From sequence record LC647030.1: 64,000 nt of DNA; one strand, written 5' to 3'. The DNA is from Staphylococcus phage vB_SsapH-Golestan-100. The notes beneath the pieces were generated by a model. It made no database searches. It was not told the DNA's origin and saw only the letters and a list, made by a program, of their open reading frames with translations. The position numbers were made by a program, and so were the translations under genes. This document shows positions 10,101-20,196 of this stretch, piece by piece. Each line of letters opens with the position of its first letter. The first letter of the stretch is position 1.

Positions 10101-11213
10101 AGTACTGTATTTAAAGAGTATCCTGTTGTTAATAGCTCTGTTGATACCTATCAGTTATATTTAAGTCTGATGAGTCCTGTAGCCACAACAGTTAAACTAT
10201 CTACTACTGTATCAGAAGAGCAAACGTATGAGTTAGAGGCTAATAAAGTATACCGACTACATATCCAAACCCCTATCTCAAATGGTCGTAATGCACCTAT
10301 AAACTTGAATATTAAATCAAGCAGTACTGAGTTGACTTATGGTTCATTTATTTATGTGAATGATGACCAAGACTTAGCTCGATTTATTAAAGAAGAAGAA
10401 CCTATAAAGATAGCAGTACCTATGCAAGAAGACTCTTTACAAGTTAGAGACTTAGAAGTTACAGTACCGCAGTCAGAAGATAGTGAAGATGGTGTTACTG
10501 ACTCTTATCTAACGGTTACTTCAACAGACGGTAGTGAGATACCTCTATATGAGTATCGTGCAGATTCTTTAAACAAGGAGCGTAAAAACTATAGCCTTCA
10601 TGGTAACTACACTAACATTAGTAAAGTTACTTACCACTCAGACGGAATCTTGAAGAATGTTGAGATTGAGCGTTCTATTGATGGTAAAAACTGGAAGCCG
10701 ATAGAAAGTATAAAACCTGACCTAGCTGAAGGTGAGACATTAGCTATTAATAATGAGTTGATTGGTAAATATGGTATTGATGTCTTTAGTTTAGACACTA
10801 TTAATGCAATGTCTAAAGTTCTTCTTAGAAGTATATGGGAGACAAAAATAGAAGAGTTTGAAAATGGTAGTAACACAGACGTTAGTAGTATATCTGACGA
10901 TTTCTTTAATACTACCTTTACTAACCTTGTACATCTAGCTGAATTAAAAGAGAACAAAATCACAGTTATTACTGATGTACGTGGCGGTAATATGGATAAC
11001 TCATCAGGAGAGGTAATTAGTATGAGTGGCTCAGACCCTATATCAAGAGCTGTACTCCATATGAATTCAGAGACCGCAACTAGATACAAGCTACCATTAT
11101 TAGCAGGTTCTTACGTAGCATTAGAAGAACTAGGTGACAAGACTTATAACGATACTGAGTATGAAGTTAATGAGGACTATAAAGCCTATTCTTACAGAAA
11201 AGAAAATAATTAA
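7200..11213 (+). CDS. large tail/baseplate structural protein (1337 aa), TTG start
   Basis: RBS aaaggaggg precedes the TTG start. Long beta-rich protein in the structural module. Confidence 0.55.
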   Translation: MGNFLKYIHPLLKRKKSDKNYEDVNYAIINALDTEISDLEKEAMASKIQSSLKTAKGEYLDLWGEWFYVTRRDNEEDDLYRERIIKFLLLKRGTNNAIIEALRDFLNDYDSYINIYEPFTNIFYTNKSKLDGEDHLMGDYYRFAIIDITLGRKFPVEIIDVINEFKPAGVKFYLTYDHSRDVEGDGIIEMPPANVDITARTHIRTLGGYGGYIRGHVNLGNLTYKSIFDYEDDREGSNNIFKTDNSLINSLDVLGGEAGAGSKYANTAMLTSKAYYPTPQDTAHTFSETSGVTLLDSEFNRGTNKIDNLVGSLKTLGGNKESNIYIGLDVYRYLNLNYPSTVKDYADTSELKNKITKVTKDPKIVFKANALVSPSEPVSAHMYIFNFTNNQWDFLDTVNLDLNGVHKTAELGNLYDNISDTGTVFLKGVVDATEEQIQINVDYLDLSFKDYVKDYYTIMPYEGSVVGYHNLINLAVEVNAYKTYTGSNPEVMLDSYYRPTGFYRIKGLGSTRISHVLKDEDYNMGIESEENSYHYLPTGLLSKEYLKPFTITDDKTYLTLDNNFNFAEYYTLSFMLDNSADINTSEYKLHFYQERKSTNTQELVATFNLSDSSKSSEEVFSQTKQFLKFPYKEAIGDDDINFYVKAESTGQNAQEPLQVKAFVLKNSSIVKDVPSDASSISYGGQSNLRDYTIEDTENGVYLKSPTDGIFDFALSFPDAPKTDKEKPYYYNELIEKGLTPSLLIPYKVTDGTKGSGMVRAYIRDTKTSAIISSFYISNNKDSNSPYDYITIPLSKLNSSSSLYISTSSITGIKIIGNMKIAFYTEDNALTLSSGMSYLPIVSKEYIVKGEMTVKFKMNKKYSLQELQLYYGTRNTQGMENVPYSLENVQQVTSTVVDDTTNEYLFTVKVPTARRGYNIEDVYSLLTDMSKLEVESKDDTTEVFNDYDDTYTIINYSNPIDVTIPIYNSTVFKEYPVVNSSVDTYQLYLSLMSPVATTVKLSTTVSEEQTYELEANKVYRLHIQTPISNGRNAPINLNIKSSSTELTYGSFIYVNDDQDLARFIKEEEPIKIAVPMQEDSLQVRDLEVTVPQSEDSEDGVTDSYLTVTSTDGSEIPLYEYRADSLNKERKNYSLHGNYTNISKVTYHSDGILKNVEIERSIDGKNWKPIESIKPDLAEGETLAINNELIGKYGIDVFSLDTINAMSKVLLRSIWETKIEEFENGSNTDVSSISDDFFNTTFTNLVHLAELKENKITVITDVRGGNMDNSSGEVISMSGSDPISRAVLHMNSETATRYKLPLLAGSYVALEELGDKTYNDTEYEVNEDYKAYSYRKENN

Positions 11214-11222
11214 AAATAATGC

Positions 11223-11251
11223 TTGCATACTACTTGTAGTTATGTTATACT
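11223..11251 (+). promoter_or_regulatory. promoter TTGCAT-17-TATACT, embedded in the loop of an 8-bp inverted repeat (11219-11268)
   Basis: Read directly from the sequence. Confidence 0.45.
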
Positions 11252-11325
11252 ATAGTAGTAGCAAGCATATACATGATTTATAGCTTTTGTATGTTATATT
11301 ACTAAAAAAGAGGAGAGATTCAAAG

Positions 11326-11847
11326 ATGGCAGTAGCTACTTATAACTCACATGTTGAGTCAGCAAAATACTTTTTAGACAAAAACGCATCAACATATTTA
11401 GCAATAGGAAAGACATCTACATGGTCTGATGAGGAAAACCCGCCTCAAGATGACCCTAATGCAACAAAATTAGAAGAAGTAATAGGTTATAAAAAAGCTG
11501 ATAAGGTTTCATTATGTAGACCTTTAGTTAGTGGAGAAGAGACTACATTTACAAAAATTGTTTATGGGAATAAAACTTGGGTCTTAGTACCTAAAGAACA
11601 AGCTACAGAAGAAGGAGCTAAGTGGCTATACGCACATGCTACTATTGAAGCTGATGACTTACCATTAGGTATGTACCGACAAGTTGGTATCCACGTAGAC
11701 TTAACACCTGGAAGTGGAATCTCTAAATTAAATCTTTTACCATCTGAAGTAAGCAATTTAGGTACTTTAATGGCTATTGATAATAGAGAGCCTCAAAACC
11801 GTATTGCTTCAAGTTCTGTAGAAGAAGCTTTTATCTTAGCATTTTAA
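11326..11847 (+). CDS. tail protein (173 aa)
   Basis: RBS gaggag precedes the ATG at 11326. The ATG at 11287 used by the ORF track lies inside the promoter hairpin. Confidence 0.5.
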   Translation: MAVATYNSHVESAKYFLDKNASTYLAIGKTSTWSDEENPPQDDPNATKLEEVIGYKKADKVSLCRPLVSGEETTFTKIVYGNKTWVLVPKEQATEEGAKWLYAHATIEADDLPLGMYRQVGIHVDLTPGSGISKLNLLPSEVSNLGTLMAIDNREPQNRIASSSVEEAFILAF

Positions 11848-11868
11848 TAAGGAAGGAGAACAACACTA

Positions 11869-14800
11869 ATGGCTTATGATTTTTCAAGCAGACCATATTA
11901 TGATAGATTTAACCAAAGCAAGAATATAACAAGAGTTCTATTTAAACCCGATGTTCCCTTACAAAACTCAGAATTGAATGAGATGGCATCAATCCAATCT
12001 AGTGCACTTCAATTATTAGGAGATTCTATCTTTAAAGATGGAGACATGCAGTCGGGACTGAACTATACGATAGATGGAAATAATGTATTAACAGTTAACC
12101 CTGGTTACTTATATATTCAAGGAAAAATGAGATACTATGATTCTAACGACAGCGTTAAGTTAACAGGAGTAGGTAAAGAACAAGTAGGTATTAAAGTCGT
12201 TGGTTCTATCGTAACTAGCGATGATGATAATAGTTTATTAGACCCTGCTACAGGAGCTCCAAGTTATTTCTCTGAAGGTGCAGACCGTTTTAAAGAGGAA
12301 TTAAAATTAACATTAAACGACCCAACATCTGCTACTATCTATACATTCCAAAATGGAGACTTATTTACCAAACCGAGTGACCCTCAATTTGATAAAGTAG
12401 TTAAAGTTATGGAACAACGTACTTTTGAGGAATCAGGTTCTTACAAAGTACAAGGCCTTACAATCTTCTCAGCGGAAGAGCAAGATGAAGAAAGTGGTTT
12501 TGTTAATATTGTAGTAGATACAGGAGTAGCTTATGTAAAAGGTAGACGTATTGAAAAACCTACTTCTACACATATTGCTCTAGACTCAGCTACTGATTTA
12601 GAGAATGCACAGAATGAGAGTACTATTTATAATAAATCTACTGATAGAATTAGATTAGCTAATACACCTGTCAAAGACATTAATCGTGTATCGGCATCTG
12701 TTGCAATCACTAAAGAACGTAAAACAAGAGATGCTATTGGAGACTCTCAAGATTATTTAGCTAATAACACAGCGTATAAAATAACTAGAGTTTGGACTGA
12801 GAACTCAAGTGGTGATGTAACTAAAGAATATAAACAAGGAGAAGACTACAACCTGATTGATGGTCAAGCAGTAGATTGGTCTCCTGGAGGTCAAGAACCT
12901 GCATCAGGAGCTTCTTACTATGTAGCATATGAGTACACTAAAAGATTAGAAAAGGGTGTAGACTTTGTTGTAGAAACTGAAGGTGAAGGACAATTTAAAC
13001 GTTGGTTCCTTAATTTCTCTAAAGCAACAGGTGTTAAGCCTATTGACCAATCATTAGTGCAAGTAGACTATACTTTCTACTTAGCTAGACAAGACTTACT
13101 TAGCTTGAATGTAAATGGTGAAGTAGTTGTACTTAAAGGTAAACCTAACTTAATGAGATTAGTTAACCCACCAATCCAGGAAGACCCTGAGACATTACAA
13201 TTAGGTTATGTTACGGTCTTACCTAACTCTACAGAAACAGACTGTGTTACTGATGCTATAACTAACTTATCTATGGAGCAATTACAAAAAGTTAAAACAC
13301 GAGTAGATAACTTAGAAATTAACCAAGCCATTAATGCATTAGATGATGGAGCTATGGAAGGTCAGAACCCGTTATACTTACGTTCAGTATTTAGTGAAGG
13401 CTTTATTAGTTTAGATAAAGCTGACATTTCACATCCTGACTTTGGTGTAGCATTTAGTTTTGATGATGCAGAGATTACACTTCAGTTTACAGAAGAAGTA
13501 CAATCACCGACTGTTTCTCAGATTACAACAAATGCTCATGTATGGGGACGTATCATATCAGCTCCATTTACAGAGGAACTTTCCATCTATCAACCATTAG
13601 CTTCGGAACCTTTAAACGTTAACCCTTATAATATCCCTAACAAACAAGGGGTTATGAAGTTAACACCATCTGAAGATAACTGGATTGATGAAGAACGTGT
13701 TACTATTACAGAACAGAAAACAAAAACAATTACTATGAACCGTTGGTGGAGACACCCTGGTCGTGATTTTGGTTCTAAACAAGATTACTACCAAAGTAAT
13801 ATTCAACTTGATAAAGGTCAAGTGTGGGAAGGTAAGTCATATGCTTATGATAAAGAGCATGGACGTACAGGTACATTACTAGAATCAGGTGGTCATAGAA
13901 CGTTAGAAGAAATGATTGAGTTTATTAGACAAAGACAGGTTAAGATTGATGTCAAAGGATTAAATCCTAATGATAATGACTTATACTTACTGTTTGATGG
14001 CATCCGTTGTGCCTTAACTCCTGAGTCAGGATTTAGAAAAGGTAGTGAGCCTGGTACAGTTATGTCTGATGAGAAGGGTAGAGTTAAAGCAACATTTGAG
14101 ATACCAGCAGGTGTACGTTGTGGTAACAGAGAGGTTACATTGAAAAATGCTAACTCTACAAGTGCAACGACTTACTCAGCTCACGGACGTAAGAAGATTA
14201 CACAAGACATTATCTTAAAAACACGTGTTACGATTAACTTAGTTGACCCATTGGCTCAGTCATTCCAATATGATGAGAACCGTATTATATCATCATTAGG
14301 TTTATACTTCGCATCGAAAGGTGACGCTAACTCTAATGTTACAGTACAGATTAGAGGAATGGGAGACCAAGGTTTCCCTAACAAAACTGTCTATGCAGAA
14401 ACTGTATTGAATGCTAGTGAGGTTAAAGTGTCTAAGAATGCTAGTGCAGAAACTAGAGTATACTTTGATGACCCTATGATGGCAGAAGCAGGAAGAGAGT
14501 ACGCTATTGTTATCATGACAGAAAATAGTGACTACACTATGTGGGTTGGTACTAGAACACAACCACGTATTGATAAACCTAGTGAGAACATCTCAGGTAA
14601 TCCATATGTACAAGGTGTATTATTCAGTTCATCAAACGCATCAACATGGACTCCACATCAAAACTCTGACCTTAAATTTGGTATCTATACACCAGTATTT
14701 GAGAAAGAGGCAGTAATAGAGTTTGACTCTATGAAGAATGTTAAAGCTGATAGACTTGTATTAATGTCTACATACTTAACACCTGAAAATACAGGCTGTG

Positions 14801-15330
14801 CTTGGGAAGCTAAGATTCTTAGAGAAGACATGGACTCTAGTGTAACGATTGACTCACTTCCATGGCAACCAATAGCTAACTACCAAGATTTAGAACTTAT
14901 TGAGATTGCTAAAGAAGTAAAATTAAGAGCAACTTTTGATTCTAATAAATACATTTCTCCACTATTATCTGTTAGTGATTTGACATTCACATCATTCTTA
15001 ACAGAATTATCAGGAAGTTATGTAGGTAGAGCTATAGACATGGCTGAAGCTCCTTACAATACGTTGAGATTTAGTTATGAAGGCTTCTTACCAAAAGGTA
15101 CAAAGATTGTCCCTAGATACTCTACTGACAATGGTGAGACGTGGAAGACGTTAAGTAGTTCTCCAAAAACACAAAAAGCCAATAATGAGTTTACACGTTA
15201 TGTATATGATGAAAAAGTTACTACTGGAGCTAAGTTTACAAAACTACAAGTTAGGCTAGACCTTTCTACTGAAAATAGTTTCTTAAGACCACGTTGTAGA
15301 AGATTGATGGTCACTACAAGAGATGAGTAA
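11869..15330 (+). CDS. adsorption-associated tail protein (1153 aa)
   Basis: RBS aaggaggag. Its size and position correspond to the ~1152-aa adsorption-associated tail protein of Kayvirus-like phages (from recollection). Confidence 0.55.
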   Translation: MAYDFSSRPYYDRFNQSKNITRVLFKPDVPLQNSELNEMASIQSSALQLLGDSIFKDGDMQSGLNYTIDGNNVLTVNPGYLYIQGKMRYYDSNDSVKLTGVGKEQVGIKVVGSIVTSDDDNSLLDPATGAPSYFSEGADRFKEELKLTLNDPTSATIYTFQNGDLFTKPSDPQFDKVVKVMEQRTFEESGSYKVQGLTIFSAEEQDEESGFVNIVVDTGVAYVKGRRIEKPTSTHIALDSATDLENAQNESTIYNKSTDRIRLANTPVKDINRVSASVAITKERKTRDAIGDSQDYLANNTAYKITRVWTENSSGDVTKEYKQGEDYNLIDGQAVDWSPGGQEPASGASYYVAYEYTKRLEKGVDFVVETEGEGQFKRWFLNFSKATGVKPIDQSLVQVDYTFYLARQDLLSLNVNGEVVVLKGKPNLMRLVNPPIQEDPETLQLGYVTVLPNSTETDCVTDAITNLSMEQLQKVKTRVDNLEINQAINALDDGAMEGQNPLYLRSVFSEGFISLDKADISHPDFGVAFSFDDAEITLQFTEEVQSPTVSQITTNAHVWGRIISAPFTEELSIYQPLASEPLNVNPYNIPNKQGVMKLTPSEDNWIDEERVTITEQKTKTITMNRWWRHPGRDFGSKQDYYQSNIQLDKGQVWEGKSYAYDKEHGRTGTLLESGGHRTLEEMIEFIRQRQVKIDVKGLNPNDNDLYLLFDGIRCALTPESGFRKGSEPGTVMSDEKGRVKATFEIPAGVRCGNREVTLKNANSTSATTYSAHGRKKITQDIILKTRVTINLVDPLAQSFQYDENRIISSLGLYFASKGDANSNVTVQIRGMGDQGFPNKTVYAETVLNASEVKVSKNASAETRVYFDDPMMAEAGREYAIVIMTENSDYTMWVGTRTQPRIDKPSENISGNPYVQGVLFSSSNASTWTPHQNSDLKFGIYTPVFEKEAVIEFDSMKNVKADRLVLMSTYLTPENTGCAWEAKILREDMDSSVTIDSLPWQPIANYQDLELIEIAKEVKLRATFDSNKYISPLLSVSDLTFTSFLTELSGSYVGRAIDMAEAPYNTLRFSYEGFLPKGTKIVPRYSTDNGETWKTLSSSPKTQKANNEFTRYVYDEKVTTGAKFTKLQVRLDLSTENSFLRPRCRRLMVTTRDE

Positions 15331-15342
15331 TAAGTAATTAGG

Positions 15343-15372
15343 GAGGCTAGGTTAATTCCTAGCCTTTTCTTA
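15343..15372 (+). terminator. rho-independent terminator
   Basis: Stem ggctagg/cctagcc, followed by ttttctt. Confidence 0.55.
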
Positions 15373-15385
15373 TATATAAAACCTA

Positions 15386-15414
15386 TTGACGTACTATATT
15401 AACTATGGTATACT
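15386..15414 (+). promoter_or_regulatory. promoter TTGACG-17-TGgTATACT
   Basis: Read directly from the sequence. Confidence 0.5.
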
Positions 15415-15441
15415 TGTTAAGTAACAAGGAGATGATACATT

Positions 15442-15627
15442 ATGGCTAGAGACTACAGAGACCCTTATTCTAAGGCTTTAGTTTTTATACCAACAAAAGA
15501 AGATAAAGACAGATTAGAAGAACAAAAAGAAATTCAAAGAAAGAGTAAATTACTTGATGACAAACTGAGTCAAGCTGATGAACTAATAGCTAAATTAAAT
15601 GCTCAATTAGAAAGGAAGGAACAATAG
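15442..15627 (+). CDS. small coiled-coil protein (61 aa), possibly a fibre assembly factor
   Basis: RBS aaggag. Lies just before the receptor-binding protein gene. Confidence 0.4.
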   Translation: MARDYRDPYSKALVFIPTKEDKDRLEEQKEIQRKSKLLDDKLSQADELIAKLNAQLERKEQ

Positions 15628-17583
15628 ATGGCTTTTAAGTACACTAAAGTTCAAGATACAGACTACGTAAGAGAAATATCTCATACATTAAATAGTGTAG
15701 GGGACTACCTCCAAACTATGTCTAATGAACGTGATACATTACCAACATATTCTAGGTTAGTAGTTACAGATTCTGCTAGTCTACTACAAACAAACGTAGT
15801 ATACTACTTAACAAACATACAAGGATTCCCAACACAATTTGGTGCTAGTTATAATGGTTATGGTATGCTATTGAAACGTAACCCATCAGTAAACTATCAC
15901 ACATTTGTATTTTTACCTTACAATAGCTCAGTAGTATACTATAGAGTTTACAACGGAGCGTGGCAAGATTGGCAGAGTACTTTAACTACAGAAAATACTA
16001 CTAATTATCAGAAGTACGCTTTTACAGATGAGAAAGGTCAAGTAAGTAATAATAAATCTATAGACATTAAGAATACTACAGGCTACAGTAAGAGTAAAGG
16101 TACTCTAGTTGATGCACCAACTGAAGACTCTAAAGGATGGATAGATTATTCTGATACACAGGGTGGGGAAGCGTCACAAACACTATTTAACCCTACAGAA
16201 AGTACATCGTTATTTACAAAACAGAAGAAACAAGCAATTGTAAAACAAAATCCAAATATTATTCAAGATTCCTTATTTACAAATCATGTACCTTATACTT
16301 ATATATTCCAAAATGATACAAACTATTGGGGAACAAGTAAAGGAGTAGGTAGGGTAATAAGAACAGATAAAAAATTTAAAGGGCAGAATATAGTAGAATT
16401 AAATGACACTAAAGGTTCCTATAGTACTTTTAGAGGGAAAGCACTTACTGTAGGTGAAGGCAAAGACTTACAAGTAGGTAAAACTTATACTCTCTCAGCC
16501 TATGTTATGACACCTGATGTAAGTAAACTAAAAGAAAATTACCCTTATATAGAAGTGTCTTATCCATCGTCACTAGATGCTCAATCAAACCCAACTATAG
16601 ATAGTCAGCTAAATATAACAGGACTAGAGAATAATCAATGGAAAAGAGTATCTGTAACTTTCACTGTACCTAGTAATGTTGTTTACGCTAGACCAAATTT
16701 ACGGTTTAACATTGTTAAATCAGGAACTAATAATGGAGGTCTTGTATACTATGCATTACCAAAATTAGAGGAAGGTTCTGAAGCTACACCTTTTATTACT
16801 AATTCTAACGATTCAAAACAGTTTGATGAACTTTGGTCTAACTGGAATGAATATATTTCTAAAGAAAAATTAGCAGAAACTGCTACTACAGACATTCTAG
16901 GTAAAGTAGGATACTTTAAGTACCCTCTAACTAAAGAGTTCTTAGATAACTTAGGTATGGACTTTTACACTTATGTTGGTGACTTACCACAAGGATTCCA
17001 TACTTTCTATATGCAAAATGGTGCACCAGGTAATGTCTTTAATGATTCTGTCAGAGGTACTATCATGCTTGATTACTCTCAAGGTGACGAGATGTCTACT
17101 AATAAACGGTATGCAATAGTAGAGTGTGTAAATAATAAAGGGGTTCATTATAGTGCTTTCTTTGATTGGGGTAATGAGCCTAGACAAATAGTTAGACAAT
17201 CTGAAATGCAAACACTTCTATGGGAAGACTCTAGTTCTTTTGACTTAGCAACAGGCGGAACGATAACTTTAAATGATGATTACACTAACTATAAAGCTCT
17301 AGACTTTGTGGTATACTTCAGGTTATCTGCTACCTATAGGACTATAAGAGTATATCCAGTTGCATCTTCTATAGTAGTTAGAGACCTTAACTTAGCTAAT
17401 AATAACACCAATGCTAATTTAGATACTTATGAAGGTAATATGAGTCTTGTAGATAGTAAAACAATAAAAGCAGACTCTGCTAAACAATTGACACTGAACA
17501 TAGGTTCAGGTACTGAAAACATAGTATGGAATCAAACAAATACAATTAACATATATAAAATAATAGGTGTACACACAGTATAA
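15628..17583 (+). CDS. receptor-binding / tail fibre protein (651 aa)
   Basis: Called from position and size, and from its beta-rich C-terminal region. Confidence 0.5.
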   Translation: MAFKYTKVQDTDYVREISHTLNSVGDYLQTMSNERDTLPTYSRLVVTDSASLLQTNVVYYLTNIQGFPTQFGASYNGYGMLLKRNPSVNYHTFVFLPYNSSVVYYRVYNGAWQDWQSTLTTENTTNYQKYAFTDEKGQVSNNKSIDIKNTTGYSKSKGTLVDAPTEDSKGWIDYSDTQGGEASQTLFNPTESTSLFTKQKKQAIVKQNPNIIQDSLFTNHVPYTYIFQNDTNYWGTSKGVGRVIRTDKKFKGQNIVELNDTKGSYSTFRGKALTVGEGKDLQVGKTYTLSAYVMTPDVSKLKENYPYIEVSYPSSLDAQSNPTIDSQLNITGLENNQWKRVSVTFTVPSNVVYARPNLRFNIVKSGTNNGGLVYYALPKLEEGSEATPFITNSNDSKQFDELWSNWNEYISKEKLAETATTDILGKVGYFKYPLTKEFLDNLGMDFYTYVGDLPQGFHTFYMQNGAPGNVFNDSVRGTIMLDYSQGDEMSTNKRYAIVECVNNKGVHYSAFFDWGNEPRQIVRQSEMQTLLWEDSSSFDLATGGTITLNDDYTNYKALDFVVYFRLSATYRTIRVYPVASSIVVRDLNLANNNTNANLDTYEGNMSLVDSKTIKADSAKQLTLNIGSGTENIVWNQTNTINIYKIIGVHTV

Positions 17584-17598
17584 TAGGAGGTAATATAA

Positions 17599-17922
17599 AT
17601 GGCATGGGTTTACAATAATGTAGAAGCATCAGGTATGTGTTTATTAACAATAGATGAGATAGACCACAAAACGCTAGTTATGGACTTTATGACAGAGGGT
17701 TGGTATGATAACACTGACCCTAACTTAGTTCTTAAACCAAAAAGAATATGCCCTTATGTTTGGTTTGAAGGATTTGAAACTGACTATTGGTTTTTTGCAC
17801 CAATGAGGTTCATGATTTTAAGTGCACGAGAAGAAATAATAGAAGATACAGATTGGAAATACTACTACACAGGTAAAGATTCTATACCAACGCCAGGAAG
17901 AGGTGAGCCATACCCATGGTAA
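17599..17922 (+). CDS. hypothetical protein (107 aa)
   Basis: RBS aggagg. Confidence 0.45.
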   Translation: MAWVYNNVEASGMCLLTIDEIDHKTLVMDFMTEGWYDNTDPNLVLKPKRICPYVWFEGFETDYWFFAPMRFMILSAREEIIEDTDWKYYYTGKDSIPTPGRGEPYPW

Positions 17923-19292
17923 TACAATTTTCACCATTAACAAAAGACAATAATGTAAAAGACCTTTCAGAAACAGTTAATAGTATTGGAGCTGAGCTAA
18001 CTAAGAGTAATAACATATTTACTCAAGTTGATTCTATGTCCAAGACTTTGCAAAATGTTCAACAATTTACATTAACTAATAAGGATGGCTATTCTAAAGT
18101 ACCAGGTTCTTTGAAAAGTATCAGAGAATTGAGAGAGGCAGGTTATTACTATATATCTGCTTCTACTCTTGCTACTTTATCAGATGCCCCACCCGTTAAC
18201 TCTGATGTTGTAATTACTGTAATGCCTTCTTCAACAAAAGATTATTGCATACAGTACTTACATACGCTAAGAGCATCTATTAATCCTAGGGCATTGTTTA
18301 GATACGCTACTCCTTCAATGTCTACAGAGTGGTTATCCGTAGTTACAACACCGTTAACTATGAATACTACCATAAGTGATAAAGACTTAAACAAAGACGT
18401 TATAGATGTTGGAACTTATTACTTTTATAACCTTAAAGGCGTCCCAACAGGTATAACACGAGGGTTTTTAGATGTAAGGAAAGGGCAAAATGACTTAACT
18501 ATATATGAGATTACTAATGCTTCTACAGCTTTGAAATATACATCAATATTTTCACCTGACACAGGACTTTCTAGTTGGGTAGAGGAGACTACATTAGATA
18601 ATATAAATGACTATACTTTAGCAGGTAAGGAAGATAACTATACGTACCCTAGATTTGGACTATATATTTATAAATCAGATAACATATCCTTTGGGGATGC
18701 TGTACAGAAGAAGTTAAAAGAAACTAACCAAGGGTCTTTCACTTTCTATTGCCAAGGAGGAGTACCCGATGCTCCTAGCCAGTATTCAACACGAGGGTTA
18801 TTCATTTCTGATACACCTAAAGACTCAGGCTCTGCAACTAATCATGGTGTATACTACGCTATTGAGACTAGTGGTAAGTTGGTAACAGGAGCTTTGGCTA
18901 GTGATAAATGGTCTACGCCAAAGAAAGCTCCCTCTATAGATACCTTATGGACAGGTAATAAGTTATTTACAGATACAAGTAAGACTGAAAAGTTATCAGC
19001 ACCTATTACAGACTATGATTATGTAGAGATTTTTATTAAGCCTAGAGTAACAACTAACTCCTCAGGAGACGTATGGGACGTAGTAAACAATGAAGGTCGT
19101 AGGTTCTATATAGGTAATGATACCTTCTTTATCGTTTCAGGAACGATTGTAGACTCTAAAGCTAAGACTATAGGTGTTGACCATTATAGAGTGGACATCA
19201 GATTCGATGGAGATACTTTTAAAGTAGATGGTTCTGCTACTATAAACAAAAAAGCACATTATGTAACTAGAATCGTTGGTCATAGAGTTTAG
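17916..19292 (+). CDS. tail fibre protein (458 aa)
   Basis: Last gene of the structural run. Size matches the 458-aa tail fibre of Kayvirus-like phages (from recollection). Confidence 0.5.
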   Translation: MVIQFSPLTKDNNVKDLSETVNSIGAELTKSNNIFTQVDSMSKTLQNVQQFTLTNKDGYSKVPGSLKSIRELREAGYYYISASTLATLSDAPPVNSDVVITVMPSSTKDYCIQYLHTLRASINPRALFRYATPSMSTEWLSVVTTPLTMNTTISDKDLNKDVIDVGTYYFYNLKGVPTGITRGFLDVRKGQNDLTIYEITNASTALKYTSIFSPDTGLSSWVEETTLDNINDYTLAGKEDNYTYPRFGLYIYKSDNISFGDAVQKKLKETNQGSFTFYCQGGVPDAPSQYSTRGLFISDTPKDSGSATNHGVYYAIETSGKLVTGALASDKWSTPKKAPSIDTLWTGNKLFTDTSKTEKLSAPITDYDYVEIFIKPRVTTNSSGDVWDVVNNEGRRFYIGNDTFFIVSGTIVDSKAKTIGVDHYRVDIRFDGDTFKVDGSATINKKAHYVTRIVGHRV

Positions 19293-19295
19293 ACT

Positions 19296-19976
19296 TTAAG
19301 TACAGGATATTTCCTGTGCTTTTTTTTTCTCATACCTTCCAAAGTTGAATAGTCGATTTTCATCATCCTTATCTAATTGTTTTAATCCTGCGTCTAACTT
19401 CTGGTGTGCTTGTGCAATTTCTTTTTGGGATATTTTATTGATGTTGGTAACGCCTAACCAACGCATTGTTTTTTCTAACGTGGCATCTCTACCTTTTTCT
19501 TGAGAGATAGTTACAAATTGATTAATCTTTTCTTCAAGCTCAGTTACGTCATTATCATTGGCACTTGGTAATTCTTCACCGTTATAGATGTACAACCCTA
19601 GTCCATGTAACGCTGCCGCTTTAACGAAGCATCTTTTCTGTGCTTTGTTGATGTCGAATGTAGTTGCGCTACCTTTAGCTAATGATTTATTTCTAAAATC
19701 TAGTACAGGCAACCATTCGGTTTCAGTTTGTCCTTTAACCGTTACTGATACTTGAACAAAATAACCTTCTGGTGCAGCTAAATATGGAACGAAATAATCA
19801 TCTCTTTCAACATCTGGATGTGGAAACTCATGTGTTTTAATAGTGAAATTTGGGTCAATCTTCTTTAATTCTTGGTGTGCATATGACCATGCAAGATAAG
19901 TAAGTCCATTCTTTTTCTCTACATGATCGTTTACATTTTTGGAATTAAGTTGATTAAATAGTGTTTGTTCAGTCAT
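19296..19976 (-). CDS. Rad52/Sak-like single-strand annealing protein
   Basis: Segments GLTYLAWSYAHQEL and KRCFVKAAALHGLGLYIY resemble conserved Rad52/Sak blocks. The RBS AAGAGGTGG precedes the ATG at 19976. The track's start at 19997 is a TTG. Confidence 0.45.
   Translation of the reverse strand: MTEQTLFNQLNSKNVNDHVEKKNGLTYLAWSYAHQELKKIDPNFTIKTHEFPHPDVERDDYFVPYLAAPEGYFVQVSVTVKGQTETEWLPVLDFRNKSLAKGSATTFDINKAQKRCFVKAAALHGLGLYIYNGEELPSANDNDVTELEEKINQFVTISQEKGRDATLEKTMRWLGVTNINKISQKEIAQAHQKLDAGLKQLDKDDENRLFNFGRYEKKKAQEISCT
19300..19329. terminator. terminator hairpin gtacagga/tcctgtgc followed by a T9 run
   Basis: Read directly from the sequence. The 3' end of the minus-strand gene 19296-19976 is encoded through this hairpin. 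Confidence 0.6.
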
Positions 19977-20196
19977 AATCCACCTCTTCATATTCAACTG
20001 TTTCAGTCAGTGTTTTTTTAATTGCTGTGTGCTTTGTCATATCTATACTAGTGTTATCTAGTCCGTTAAAATCTTTTGCATCTCTTTTGTTAGTTGAGTA
20101 TTTAACGTCAGGAAACGATTCTGAAGGTCTGTTCATAATGTAGAGATCATCGTAATCGTCTTTACGTTTAATTAGATACGTGACTGTCTGTTTCAT
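19969..20196 (-). CDS. hypothetical small protein
   Basis: ORF inside the reversed cassette. The start codon is uncertain and the RBS is weak. Confidence 0.3.
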   Translation of the reverse strand: MKQTVTYLIKRKDDYDDLYIMNRPSESFPDVKYSTNKRDAKDFNGLDNTSIDMTKHTAIKKTLTETVEYEEVDYD

